Origin: a virus
Taxonomy: Duplodnaviria; Heunggongvirae; Uroviricota; Caudoviricetes
Reading direction: 5' to 3' (one strand)
DNA length: 15,433 bases
IMG/VR virus record: IMGVR_UViG_3300014970_000025
Every line of letters starts with the position of its first letter. Position 1 is the stretch's first letter. Shown here piece by piece: positions 1 through 7,516 of this stretch. Made by a program: the position numbers and the translations under genes. A model generated the notes under the pieces. That model made no database searches, was not told the DNA's origin, and saw only the letters and a list, made by a program, of their open reading frames with translations.

Positions 1-831
1 ACTCAGTAATATCCATTTTGCAATATCTATGAATTATTTGTGAGACGTATATTAATGAACATTGCAAGGGCTCACAAGCAGTAGTGTTGAGAAAACCATC
101 GGGGAAATGAGGCTAAGCCTTTGAATTTACAAGTACAAAAAAGATACTTTTCCTCATAATGTGAATTAATTTTATGTTTCGTTTGATGATTGGACCGGTC
201 TCGAAAACCGGAGTAGGGGCAACTCTACCGGGGGGGCAAATCCCCCTCTCTCCGCCACTTTATCAATGACTTATCTCCCGACTTCCCGCCTTGCTTTTCC
301 TAAACAGAACAATCGTAGAATATTCTTGAAGGGTTAGATCGTCACTGTTTTCTGTTCGATACTGTGACATTCAGCACTTGATTCGCTATGGATCTGACAG
401 GAAGGTTTCGAGCGAAAATCTGCAGTTATTCAGTCGTTTTCTTATCGGTCACCATTATTCTTTTAGACATTGATCCTACAAAGCTGCCGCAAAGTTGGTG
501 GTGGGAACTGAAGTTGCGTAGAGAAGGGGTCAATACCCGGAGGCAAACATGGGCTGGCAAAAGTGTAGCGGTATTAGGCGCAGCTATTTAGCCTAGTTAT
601 GTTTTATGAAAACTTGATATCATATAAGTGTCTTACTTATTGGCTGTAAATAAGGTTTTCTAAGGAATTGTTTCTTTAGTATCATTTGTAACTGTAACGG
701 AATTTATAATCCTTTGCTTTATTTTTACGGTATTTTTTATCACACCCTATTTTTTGTGTGGTTTTTTATACTGAAGTTTGGCAAAGTGAACTTTATATGC
801 ATATACTTCATCCTGGTTTCAGTTAAATTGG

Positions 832-1584
832 GTGGATGATATGGCAACTACATGTTCAGTTATATTGATTTTGGAGTCCTTTGATGTTTATTTCGGAAAA
901 GAGAGAGTGTTTCTGGATAGAGGTTTATCTGTACTTGTCGACTCTAGCTATAGAGATTTTTTCCTGACATATCCTGAAAGAGTGATAGTGGCGGATTTTG
1001 GCGCTGAGTTTATTAGTCGCTATTTGAAAGCTAATAACTTAAGGGATATTTCTGATTGTAGGGAATATCCATCTTATTTAAAAATAAACTTTGCTGACTT
1101 CAGTTTAATTAAAGGATTAATTAGTTGGGCTAATCACTGTGCTGAATATATAGAAATTTTTGATGAGTCTATTGCTTTTACATGTCTCTCTGCATTTTCT
1201 TCTGAAAAACAATTTGGAGTATTTCTGTTTGGATGTTTGAAAAGCACAGGGGCTAAAGTTAAAACGATTATTCATACGGATTTATCTGCACCATGGCATC
1301 TTAAGGATATATCATCAAGATTATATCTCAGCGAAAGTTTACTAAAGAGGAAATTGAAAGAAGAGGGGGTATCATTCAGTAAGATCATACTTGATGAGAG
1401 GATGCAAATGGCTGAATATTTACTCAGCACTCGTTGTTATCCTGTTAGTAAAGTAGCTAAGGTCTGTGGTTATGCCAGTGTCTCATACTTTACTTATGTA
1501 TTTAGACGTTATTTTGGTGTTTCTCCAAGTCAATACTCTCAGAGGAGTTCAGAAAGTAAAATTCTTACTCACCAGGGAATCTGA
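832..1584 (+). CDS. AraC-family transcriptional regulator, AppY/EnvY/AdiY-like (250 aa)
   Basis: Intact 250-aa ORF. C-terminal double HTH region (WHLKDISSRLYLSESLLKRKLKEEGVSFSKI...VAKVCGYASVSYFTYVFRRYFGVSPSQY) matches the AraC/XylS signature and resembles, from memory, E. coli AppY ([22 protein letters not shown]...QKCGYNSTSYF). Preceded by a very AT-rich upstream region (600-830), typical of horizontally acquired AraC regulators. Start may be 832 or 841. Confidence 0.85.
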   Translation: MDDMATTCSVILILESFDVYFGKERVFLDRGLSVLVDSSYRDFFLTYPERVIVADFGAEFISRYLKANNLRDISDCREYPSYLKINFADFSLIKGLISWANHCAEYIEIFDESIAFTCLSAFSSEKQFGVFLFGCLKSTGAKVKTIIHTDLSAPWHLKDISSRLYLSESLLKRKLKEEGVSFSKIILDERMQMAEYLLSTRCYPVSKVAKVCGYASVSYFTYVFRRYFGVSPSQYSQRSSESKILTHQGI

Positions 1585-1625
1585 TCATTGTTCTTGCCCC
1601 CTTATTTCCAGACAGGGGGTGTATC

Positions 1626-2062
1626 TTAAGTTAACGTTACCCGCTGACGTCGATATTCTCGCGGAGAGCGATAACCCAACGCACTGTGCGGATGGTTTTC
1701 ATTGTAATGTTCGATCGCCACTGCAAGATTATGCAATGCCGTTCTTACATTCGGTTTCGGCATGAACGCGATGTAGTCTTCCTTCATCGTTTTCACGAAC
1801 CTTTCTGCAATTCCATTACTCTGAGGACTGCTGATTGCCGTTGTGCAGGGCTCCAGATTCAACTCTCTGGCGAACTGCCGTGTTTCATGCGCTCTATACG
1901 CTGAACCGTTATCTGTCAGCCACTGGATGGACTGTTCCGGTACTTTATCGCCAAAGCGTTTTTCTATCGCTCCTAACATGACATCCTGCACTGTCGCTTT
2001 ATCGTAACCTCCCGTGCTTGCGGCCCAGTCTATGGCTTCACGATCGCAACAGTCCAGGGCGA
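1626..2062 (-). pseudogene. IS3-family (IS2-like) transposase OrfB, C-terminal fragment (rve/DDE integrase core remnant)
   Basis: Minus-strand translation ...[51 protein letters not shown]...[14 protein letters not shown] matches the C-terminal end of IS3-family OrfB and resembles IS2 InsD as recalled. The frame is open only to an in-frame stop near 2063; the N-terminal part and OrfA are absent; no inverted repeats identified. Confidence 0.8.
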
Positions 2063-2338
2063 TTCATCTGGGCCAATCCTTGCTCATAACAGGCATTCAC
2101 TTCAGTCATGGCAGAAAGGTATGCATGCTGGAGAAGTCGTGAAAGAAAAGAAGACTGCTGCGCCGTTTGTCGTCACGTTTATCTTCATTGGCTATGCAAG
2201 TCGTAATACAAGGTGGGACAAAACTGAGACACATAAGGCCTCGCAATGGCTTGCAAGGCTTTACATGTTTTGATGTGGTGGGACGTGTGAGCGCAGTGTT
2301 GATGGGGTAATGCTTTGAATTAGAAGCGGATTCTTATA

Positions 2339-2384
2339 ATTCGTAATGCGAAGGTCGTAGGTTCGACTCCTATTATCGGCACCA
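2339..2384 (+). repeat. thrW: 3' 46 nt of tRNA-Thr(CGU) gene (anticodon loop to CCA): attachment-site core / direct repeat; not a complete tRNA
   Basis: ATTCGTAATGCGAAGGTCGTAGGTTCGACTCCTATTATCGGCACCA matches, from memory, the 3' part of E. coli thrW (T-arm GGTTCGACTCC, acceptor 3' strand, CCA). The 5' half (GCCGATATAGCTCAGTTGG...) is not present upstream, so this is a partial copy, as left at junctions of tRNA-integrated elements. Confidence 0.75.
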
Positions 2385-2989
2385 TCAAGAAAATCAATAA
2401 CTTAGCTTAACTTCTCTAAGAAATTGTATCTTCTGTTATCACTTACAAACGCCTATACGTTGTTATGGGCTTTGGTAGTGTAACACGTATGGGCGAGTAG
2501 TTCCCAGGCTCAACCTCGTAACAAGTTCCTTTGAAGCTGGAAGACGTGCCACCGTCTCTAAACCTTCTACCAAAACTCTTAGCAAGATGTTCCACACCTG
2601 GCGCGGTGTCCAATGATGCTACACGTCGTGAGACGTTGCAGAGGATAAACAGGCTAAATGATGGGAAGAGTTTTAAGTGCAATAGTGGATTAAAGCCCAC
2701 CTCTTCAAAACCTAACTTGATCGGGAAAGAATCAAGCTCTAGCACGGTTTCGTCCACCGGAGTACAACGGGTGCCTGATAAGAGAAGAACTGCTAAGACT
2801 TCATAGCTTTTGTGAAAAAGCCCTTTTTAGTGGATACGCCTACGGCGCTTATTTTTTGGTATAACCATCAAAGGCGCTTTATGGCTCCTATTGTCTTGAA
2901 AATGTATCTTTACTTGTATTGTGTTTTATGCGTAGTCTCCCTGTGTAGTATGTAACTTGTTAATTTTCATATGAATACAGAGGCAAACG

Positions 2990-3148
2990 ATGAAAAACAT
3001 TGCAGCTATCAAACGTAATAACCGCAAGATTCACGCTCGTAAGTTCCTGTCTACGCCAGAAGGAAAAGCCTGGCTAGAGCGTAAACAGAGAGAGAACGAA
3101 GAAAGAAAACTCCTTAGTGAGTTGAAATGGCTTAGAGAGGATTTCTGA
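2990..3148 (+). CDS. small basic hypothetical protein (52 aa; MKNIAAIKRNNRKIHARKFLSTPEGKAWLERKQRENEERKLLSELKWLREDF)
   Basis: ATG at 2990 preceded by GAGG about 7 nt upstream; below the 60-aa cutoff of the ORF track. Lys/Arg-rich and helical in character. No recognised family. Confidence 0.4.
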   Translation: MKNIAAIKRNNRKIHARKFLSTPEGKAWLERKQRENEERKLLSELKWLREDF

Positions 3149-3309
3149 AAATCTCCAGAACGCAACAGGGCGCATTCTAACGCTGTTTTCATTGCTTGGT
3201 ATAGGGATTATAGGTGATGTGTGTTTAATGCGTCTGTGAGCTTTTTTTGTGCCTTATTTTGCATTTTCATAATGCAGGAGAGAACACGGAAAGCCTTAAA
3301 ATTAATTAT

Positions 3310-3480
3310 TGGGGTATTTAAGGCTATTTTTAGGTGATTTAAGGGTATTAAACTTGATTTAATTGGTTAAAATATAAACAGATAGTTGTGTATCTTATTG
3401 GTTTATAAGGTTATTTTTAAATAAAGGTAAATAAAAAATAAATACCCATAAATAGCTATAAATACATCTAAATACCTATA
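3310..3480. repeat. iteron-like repeat arrays in AT-rich DNA (candidate origin or regulator-binding array)
   Basis: Three ~20-21-bp spaced units (G/T)ATTTAAGG(G/C)TAT at ~3314, 3335, 3355, with a related unit at ~3401; then TAAATA at 3428, 3439, 3449 and 3459, 3469 with exact 10-bp phasing for the last four (ATAAATACCC / ATAAATAGCT / ATAAATACAT / CTAAATACCT). Confidence 0.55.
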
Positions 3481-3491
3481 TCCCCTCCCTT

Positions 3492-3875
3492 ATGGCTAGA
3501 TTGCGAGAGGTGCTTAACGCGATTTTCAGCGCCCCCCGATCTGGAAAATCCAGAATCCCCAAATATCAGCAAGGAATTTTCTTGCGTAATCAACATCGTT
3601 TTTACCTATTAAATCATTACACAGAAAGCCTTTCTGTAATGTCTCTCACTAAACTTTCACTAAACACGAGAATGATCGGTTTTATGTCGGATCAGATGCT
3701 AGAAACAGCACCACGTCTCACAAGGGCTGTAAGCGATGAAACCAGTGTTTATGCGGGTGCAGGTCAAAATATAGGCCAAAATCCATTTAACATAATAAAC
3801 GTAATATGCACTAAGGAACACATAGAACGCCTTGAGTTGATGTATCAGGGGAAAAGTGGTGGATTTTTTACGTAG
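3492..3875 (+). CDS. hypothetical protein (127 aa), doubtful
   Basis: ORF present in track but no Shine-Dalgarno (ATG preceded by CCCCTCCCTT), composition unremarkable, no recognisable domain. May be non-coding. Confidence 0.25.
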   Translation: MARLREVLNAIFSAPRSGKSRIPKYQQGIFLRNQHRFYLLNHYTESLSVMSLTKLSLNTRMIGFMSDQMLETAPRLTRAVSDETSVYAGAGQNIGQNPFNIINVICTKEHIERLELMYQGKSGGFFT

Positions 3876-3894
3876 GAGCACGAGAGGGCTTCTA

Positions 3895-3922
3895 TTGACT
3901 TTTGTATGCTATGAAATATAAT
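3895..3922 (+). promoter_or_regulatory. near-consensus sigma-70 promoter (TTGACT-N16-TATAAT)
   Basis: TTGACT at 3895-3900 and TATAAT at 3917-3922, 16-nt spacer; directs rightward transcription into an ORF-poor region. Confidence 0.5.
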
Positions 3923-4356
3923 AGAAGGTTTTTATTTTTATGTTGATAGTGATTGCACATTAAAGATTGAAAGCAAATTTAAACATAAATTTTCAACACG
4001 TGAAAGAAACTTGTTCGACAAATAATAGATTGATTTTTAATCAACAATTTCTGATAGTGCTCTGTAAGCCGCATTACACAAGGCTTTGCGAAAGTGATGT
4101 AAAAGTGAAGAAAGCTAACATTGCTCTTTTAAGCCACTTTTCATTGAATTTTTAGTATGGAATTACATAGGGATTAATCATCAATTACATTGAATTTAAG
4201 CCTGTTTTAGATAGCAAGAAACACTTTTACTGATTATAAGAAGATCATTGCACAGATGTTATGTGATGGATGTAACGGTAGGTCACTGTGAACTATCCCC
4301 TACAGAATTTTGTTACCTATTAGATCAACTATCAAACTACAATTAAATTATCTTTT

Positions 4357-4576
4357 ATAAATTCTTTTATCTTTAAAGAATAATTATAGGGATACCCGTT
4401 GGATGTAACGATGGGTTACATCGGCAGATGACCGGGGGGGTCGGTCACGATGACCGGGGGGGGTCGGTCACGATGACTGACAATAAGATTACTTTAATAA
4501 TACTAATAATAAAACTAACATCTATAATACTAATAAATTCTTTTATCTTTTAAGAATAATTATAGGGATACCCGTT
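4357..4576. repeat. 44-bp direct repeat pair (43/44 identical) flanking a hairpin and tandem G-tract palindromes
   Basis: DR1 4357-4400 and DR2 4533-4576: ATAAATTCTTTTATCTTT(A/T)AAGAATAATTATAGGGATACCCGTT. Between them: hairpin GATGTAAC-gatgg-GTTACATC (4402-4422); tandem units GATGACCGGGGGGGTCGGTCAC (4427-4448) and GATGACCGGGGGGGGTCGGTCAC (4449-4471), each containing the palindrome TGACCG-N7-CGGTCA; partial third unit 4472-4480. Confidence 0.8.
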
Positions 4577-4581
4577 AGGGG

Positions 4582-4655
4582 AGTCTAACGACTATCCCTT
4601 AATCTATTGGCATTCGCCAGAACCTTGCACAAGTTAGAGTGTTAGTCGTTAGACT
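4582..4655. repeat. 12-bp perfect inverted repeat AGTCTAACGACT / AGTCGTTAGACT separated by 50 bp
   Basis: Arms at 4582-4593 and 4644-4655. The core CTAACG recurs at 4823-4830 (TCTAACGA) and in a bulged hairpin GCGTTACCCC-ttt-GGGGatgcTAACGC at ~4889-4914. Confidence 0.7.
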
Positions 4656-5183
4656 GCTTGTCATAACACATAGTTTTTGTTTGTTGATGTTAGTTAGTAG
4701 ATCTATGTTCGCTAATGCCGCTCACAACGAATATGTAATCTACTATGTGCAAATAGCCTACGGCTTGCGTAAGGCTAAATAGTCTTGCGCTGTGCGCAGA
4801 ACGATAATTAACTAACTACCATCTAACGATCATCAATCATCTAAAATAAATTTCTTGTGCAATGTTCTTGCGAATGCAATTAGGGTAGCGTTACCCCTTT
4901 GGGGATGCTAACGCATAACTATAGATCAACCATCAAACAGACAAAAAAGAAAAATATGGTTTAAAGATGTTAGGTAGTAGATGAGTTTCTACCGCTTAAA
5001 TCAAGCCGTAGGCGAGCAAAACAACCTCTACATAAGGGAATGTATTGTTTTTATCAAAATCTCGTCAGAATGCGTTTTAGAGCGTTTTAGCGGATAATGA
5101 AGAATAGCACCACACAGGAGAGCACGAATTGATAAGAAAAAATGTAAGCGCATGAAAAAGATCAGGTTTTTTATGAAAAGGTA

Positions 5184-5212
5184 TTGACAAATGTTTCTTT
5201 ATATGTAATAAT
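5184..5212 (+). promoter_or_regulatory. sigma-70-like promoter (TTGACA-N17-AATAAT with upstream TG)
   Basis: TTGACA 5184-5189, TGT then AATAAT 5207-5212; sits ~120 bp upstream of the first gene of a + strand gene cluster. Confidence 0.5.
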
Positions 5213-5330
5213 AGGTATTAAAGGGACAGGAAAATATTCTTATCCTCTAAGTAATTAAACCAATGCACCGCACTTTGAAGCCCAAGGCTTGCAAGGTGTC
5301 TATTTCTTTTAACTGAATAAGGAGTTTTTT

Positions 5331-5513
5331 ATGAAATGGTTTACATCGGAACGCGTCGTAGAGGCATTTAAAAAAGGTGAGCTAACACGACATCAAATAG
5401 TAATGAATCGTAATATGGCAAGGAGTCGAGGTTATCCAGAGCGTGAAAAATGCTTTGACGATGCACTAAAAATTATTGATGAACTGCGTAAGGCAGAGGC
5501 AGAGAAAGAATAA
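5331..5513 (+). CDS. small hypothetical protein (60 aa)
   Basis: Strong SD (AAGGAG, 6-nt spacing) before ATG 5331; product MKWFTSERVVEAFKKGELTRHQIVMNRNMARSRGY..., no family recognised. Confidence 0.55.
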   Translation: MKWFTSERVVEAFKKGELTRHQIVMNRNMARSRGYPEREKCFDDALKIIDELRKAEAEKE

Positions 5514-5534
5514 TAACAAGAGAAGGAGAAAACT

Positions 5535-5705
5535 ATGAGCGAAACTACAGAAAAGAAAAGACAACCACGCACTTGCTTTCATATTCCTGATGAAGTATTT
5601 CAGGTGTTATTTAAAGAAGCAAGAAGTAAACGTATCACTGTTACAGATTACATTCTTGATATGTTGAAAAGAGAGGCTGAAACACTCTCAAATAAAAGCA
5701 AGTGA
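5535..5705 (+). CDS. Arc-like ribbon-helix-helix (RHH) DNA-binding protein (56 aa)
   Basis: SD AGGAG before ATG 5535; below ORF-track cutoff. CFHIPDEVFQVLFKEARSKRITVTDYILDMLKRE aligns by eye with P22 Arc (FNLRWPREVLDLVRKVAEENGRSVNSEIYQRVMESF): beta-strand followed by two helices, RHH pattern. Confidence 0.65.
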   Translation: MSETTEKKRQPRTCFHIPDEVFQVLFKEARSKRITVTDYILDMLKREAETLSNKSK

Positions 5706-5759
5706 TTTTTATCACCATAGTAGCGCCGTAGAGCGTGATTACATACAGGAGATTTTTTA

Positions 5760-6386
5760 ATGATTAACCAACCAACTTTTACAAAACACTATGACACGTT
5801 CGATAACATCTCGAAGATTTACTCTGATAAATTGCCTCAAGGAAAAGATTTAGAGCTATTACACATTGTGCTTTATTTTCGATTTCTTAGTTATCAGGAG
5901 AACAATCTTAATTGTTACGAAAGTCACGAGACATTAGCTAAGATTTTTAAGGCTTCGGTATCAACGATTCAACGTAAGATTAAAGATCTTAAGGAGATGG
6001 GGTTATTAGATACATCCCCGCACTCTGATCCTAACATTACATCCCTTGTTTATACTGCTCTCCCTCTCACAGATGCACACATTACACCACCGGAAGACGT
6101 GAAATTCGCTGTAAACGTAGAACGGGCTGCACCTGAATATCAGGAAACATTAGAAGCGACACACTCTATTGAGCAGGAAACACAGGAATCAGCGTTCCCT
6201 GAGCGGCCCGAAATTTTTACTTGGCTTCTTTCCCTTGATAAGAAGAAACCACCACACGAAGAAACAGAAGATTTTGTAAAACGAGCATTAGATTCAAAGA
6301 ATATCTATCTTTGTGAAAATGATTTTGACTCTTTGATAATTGATCTCAAAAGTGAGAGCACAATATATGATTCACTACCCTTCTAA
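5760..6386 (+). CDS. winged-HTH DNA-binding protein, replication-initiator/organizer-like N-terminal domain (208 aa)
   Basis: SD AGGAG before ATG 5760. N-terminal LLHIVLYFRFLSYQENNLNCYESHETLAKIFKASVSTIQRKIKDLKEMGLLD follows the pattern of phage/plasmid Rep-type winged-helix domains; C-terminal half acidic and unassigned. Confidence 0.7.
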   Translation: MINQPTFTKHYDTFDNISKIYSDKLPQGKDLELLHIVLYFRFLSYQENNLNCYESHETLAKIFKASVSTIQRKIKDLKEMGLLDTSPHSDPNITSLVYTALPLTDAHITPPEDVKFAVNVERAAPEYQETLEATHSIEQETQESAFPERPEIFTWLLSLDKKKPPHEETEDFVKRALDSKNIYLCENDFDSLIIDLKSESTIYDSLPF

Positions 6387-6521
6387 GGAGAATAAATGAC
6401 TTATAACATCACAAACAATCAATAACAACAGATCGGGCAATACATATGGCAAATGCATTTATGGCGATATTCATCGTAACAATGGCATTCAGTTTTTATA
6501 ATCCACATAAAAAGAGGGAAA

Positions 6522-6905
6522 ATGGGAAGAAAGAAGAAGAACAACTTAAAACGTATTGAAAAAAACAGTAACTTCAATTCAACAAGACAACGTCCACCGA
6601 CACACACCAATAACGAAATTCCAGGGGAAGAGATAATATTTATTCTTGAAACAGAATCCCCTGAATTAAGCGATGAAGAATTAGAAATAATCCAGTCAAT
6701 GCCAGGCGTTTACTTTCGCCCAAGAACAAGAAAACAAACTATCATTTCTGATGGCACTCTGAAACGTTGGCAGCTTTTAGGGTTTAGCTCCTATCATCAT
6801 TTTTTGGGATTTAACGCTTTCAATAATTGTGTAGGTGGTGCATCGGAAGTCGATCTGATGGCTCATTTAGAAGATACATTAGCTTCTAACAAACGTTCTA
6901 ACTAA
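6522..6905 (+). CDS. hypothetical protein (127 aa), basic N-terminus and acidic middle
   Basis: SD GAGGG before ATG 6522; no family recognised. Confidence 0.5.
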   Translation: MGRKKKNNLKRIEKNSNFNSTRQRPPTHTNNEIPGEEIIFILETESPELSDEELEIIQSMPGVYFRPRTRKQTIISDGTLKRWQLLGFSSYHHFLGFNAFNNCVGGASEVDLMAHLEDTLASNKRSN

Positions 6906-6920
6906 TAAAATGATGGGCGT

Positions 6921-7166
6921 ATGTATAAGCGCCCAATGAAAATATTCAAAAAAGGAAAAATAATGATTGGCTATATTCAAGAAACACAATTATTTCAGAT
7001 GATCCTGTCTGATGCAAAAAACTATGCTGAGTTAATCCGACTGGCAAAAGAAACAGAAGACTACGAAGCATTAGAGCGTTATCGTGATGAAGTGCTGACG
7101 CTCAAGACACCTTTTAACATCGTATTGAATATGATTAATGATGCATTACAAGGAGAAGCCGCATAA
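6921..7166 (+). CDS. small hypothetical helical protein (81 aa; alternative start 6963 gives 67 aa)
   Basis: Internal ATG 6963 has the better SD (AAGGAAAAATAATG). Stop overlaps the next start (TAATG at 7164-7168), suggesting translational coupling. Confidence 0.45.
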   Translation: MYKRPMKIFKKGKIMIGYIQETQLFQMILSDAKNYAELIRLAKETEDYEALERYRDEVLTLKTPFNIVLNMINDALQGEAA

Positions 7167-7474
7167 TGGAAGAAGATATTAGCAATGCAATGGAACAACT
7201 TTTAGATCTGACTATCTCACTACAAACAAGAATAAATCAAGCCTATTCAGATTTATGTGATTACACGCTCTCTCAATGCGTTATTAGCTTAATGAAGGTG
7301 AATGTAAGCCTTGACGATTTTATCTCTCTGGTGAGCGATTTAGAGCTATCAGAGGACGATGCAAAACAGTGTAATCAAATCATCACAGACATCGCCACCA
7401 CGTTAAAGGTTGCAAGTGAAGAGATTCAGCAATTAGTAGATGATTTAGCAAAAAGTGCTATTTTCTCTAAATGA
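7166..7474 (+). CDS. acidic helical hypothetical protein (102 aa)
   Basis: Start overlaps the upstream stop; product rich in D/E/L/I; no family recognised. Confidence 0.55.
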   Translation: MEEDISNAMEQLLDLTISLQTRINQAYSDLCDYTLSQCVISLMKVNVSLDDFISLVSDLELSEDDAKQCNQIITDIATTLKVASEEIQQLVDDLAKSAIFSK

Positions 7475-7487
7475 TAATGAAAATTAT

Positions 7488-7516
7488 TTGCATTTATAAT
7501 GATTTTGTTATATAAT
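7488..7516 (+). promoter_or_regulatory. near-consensus sigma-70 promoter (TTGCAT-N17-TATAAT)
   Basis: TTGCAT 7488-7493, TATAAT 7511-7516, plus a second TATAAT at 7495-7500; followed by ~0.9 kb without any + strand ORF above ~25 codons. Confidence 0.5.

Noticed and set aside
196-262. Hairpins CCGG-tctcgaaaa-CCGG and GGGGG-caaat-CCCCC
   Set aside because: Considered a tRNA/tmRNA fragment or terminator; no acceptor/CCA end, no T-loop consensus and no T-run, so left as unexplained structure.
388-591. 67-aa ORF (MDLTGRFRAKICSYSVVFLSV...)
   Set aside because: No clear Shine-Dalgarno and no recognisable domain. Could be a small membrane peptide, but there is not enough support to call it a gene.
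1466-1904. ORFs 1466-1765 (+) and 1686-1904 (+)
   Set aside because: They overlap the AraC gene 3' end and run antisense to the transposase fragment; no independent support.
2443-2806. Mutually overlapping ORFs 2443-2757 (-) and 2531-2806 (+)
   Set aside because: Low-complexity products, TTG start without Shine-Dalgarno for the + ORF, and they cannot both be real; the region is more likely non-coding.
3699-4155. ORFs 3699-3881 (-) and 3967-4155 (+)
   Set aside because: Very AT-rich, no ribosome-binding sites, Phe/Tyr/Leu/Ile/Lys-rich products typical of random frames in AT-rich DNA.
4357-4576. Possible CRISPR array
   Set aside because: Only two repeats, AT-rich, 44 bp long with a 132-bp interval containing internal tandem palindromes, and no cas genes in the window.
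2249-5296. 11-mer GGCTTGCAAGG shared at ~2245 and ~5286 (related TTGCAAGG at ~61)
   Set aside because: A few exact 11-mer coincidences are expected by chance in 15 kb; no supporting flanking similarity.
6419-6610. 63-aa minus-strand ORF rich in Cys/Phe
   Set aside because: Antisense to the start of the 127-aa + strand ORF; composition typical of a spurious frame.
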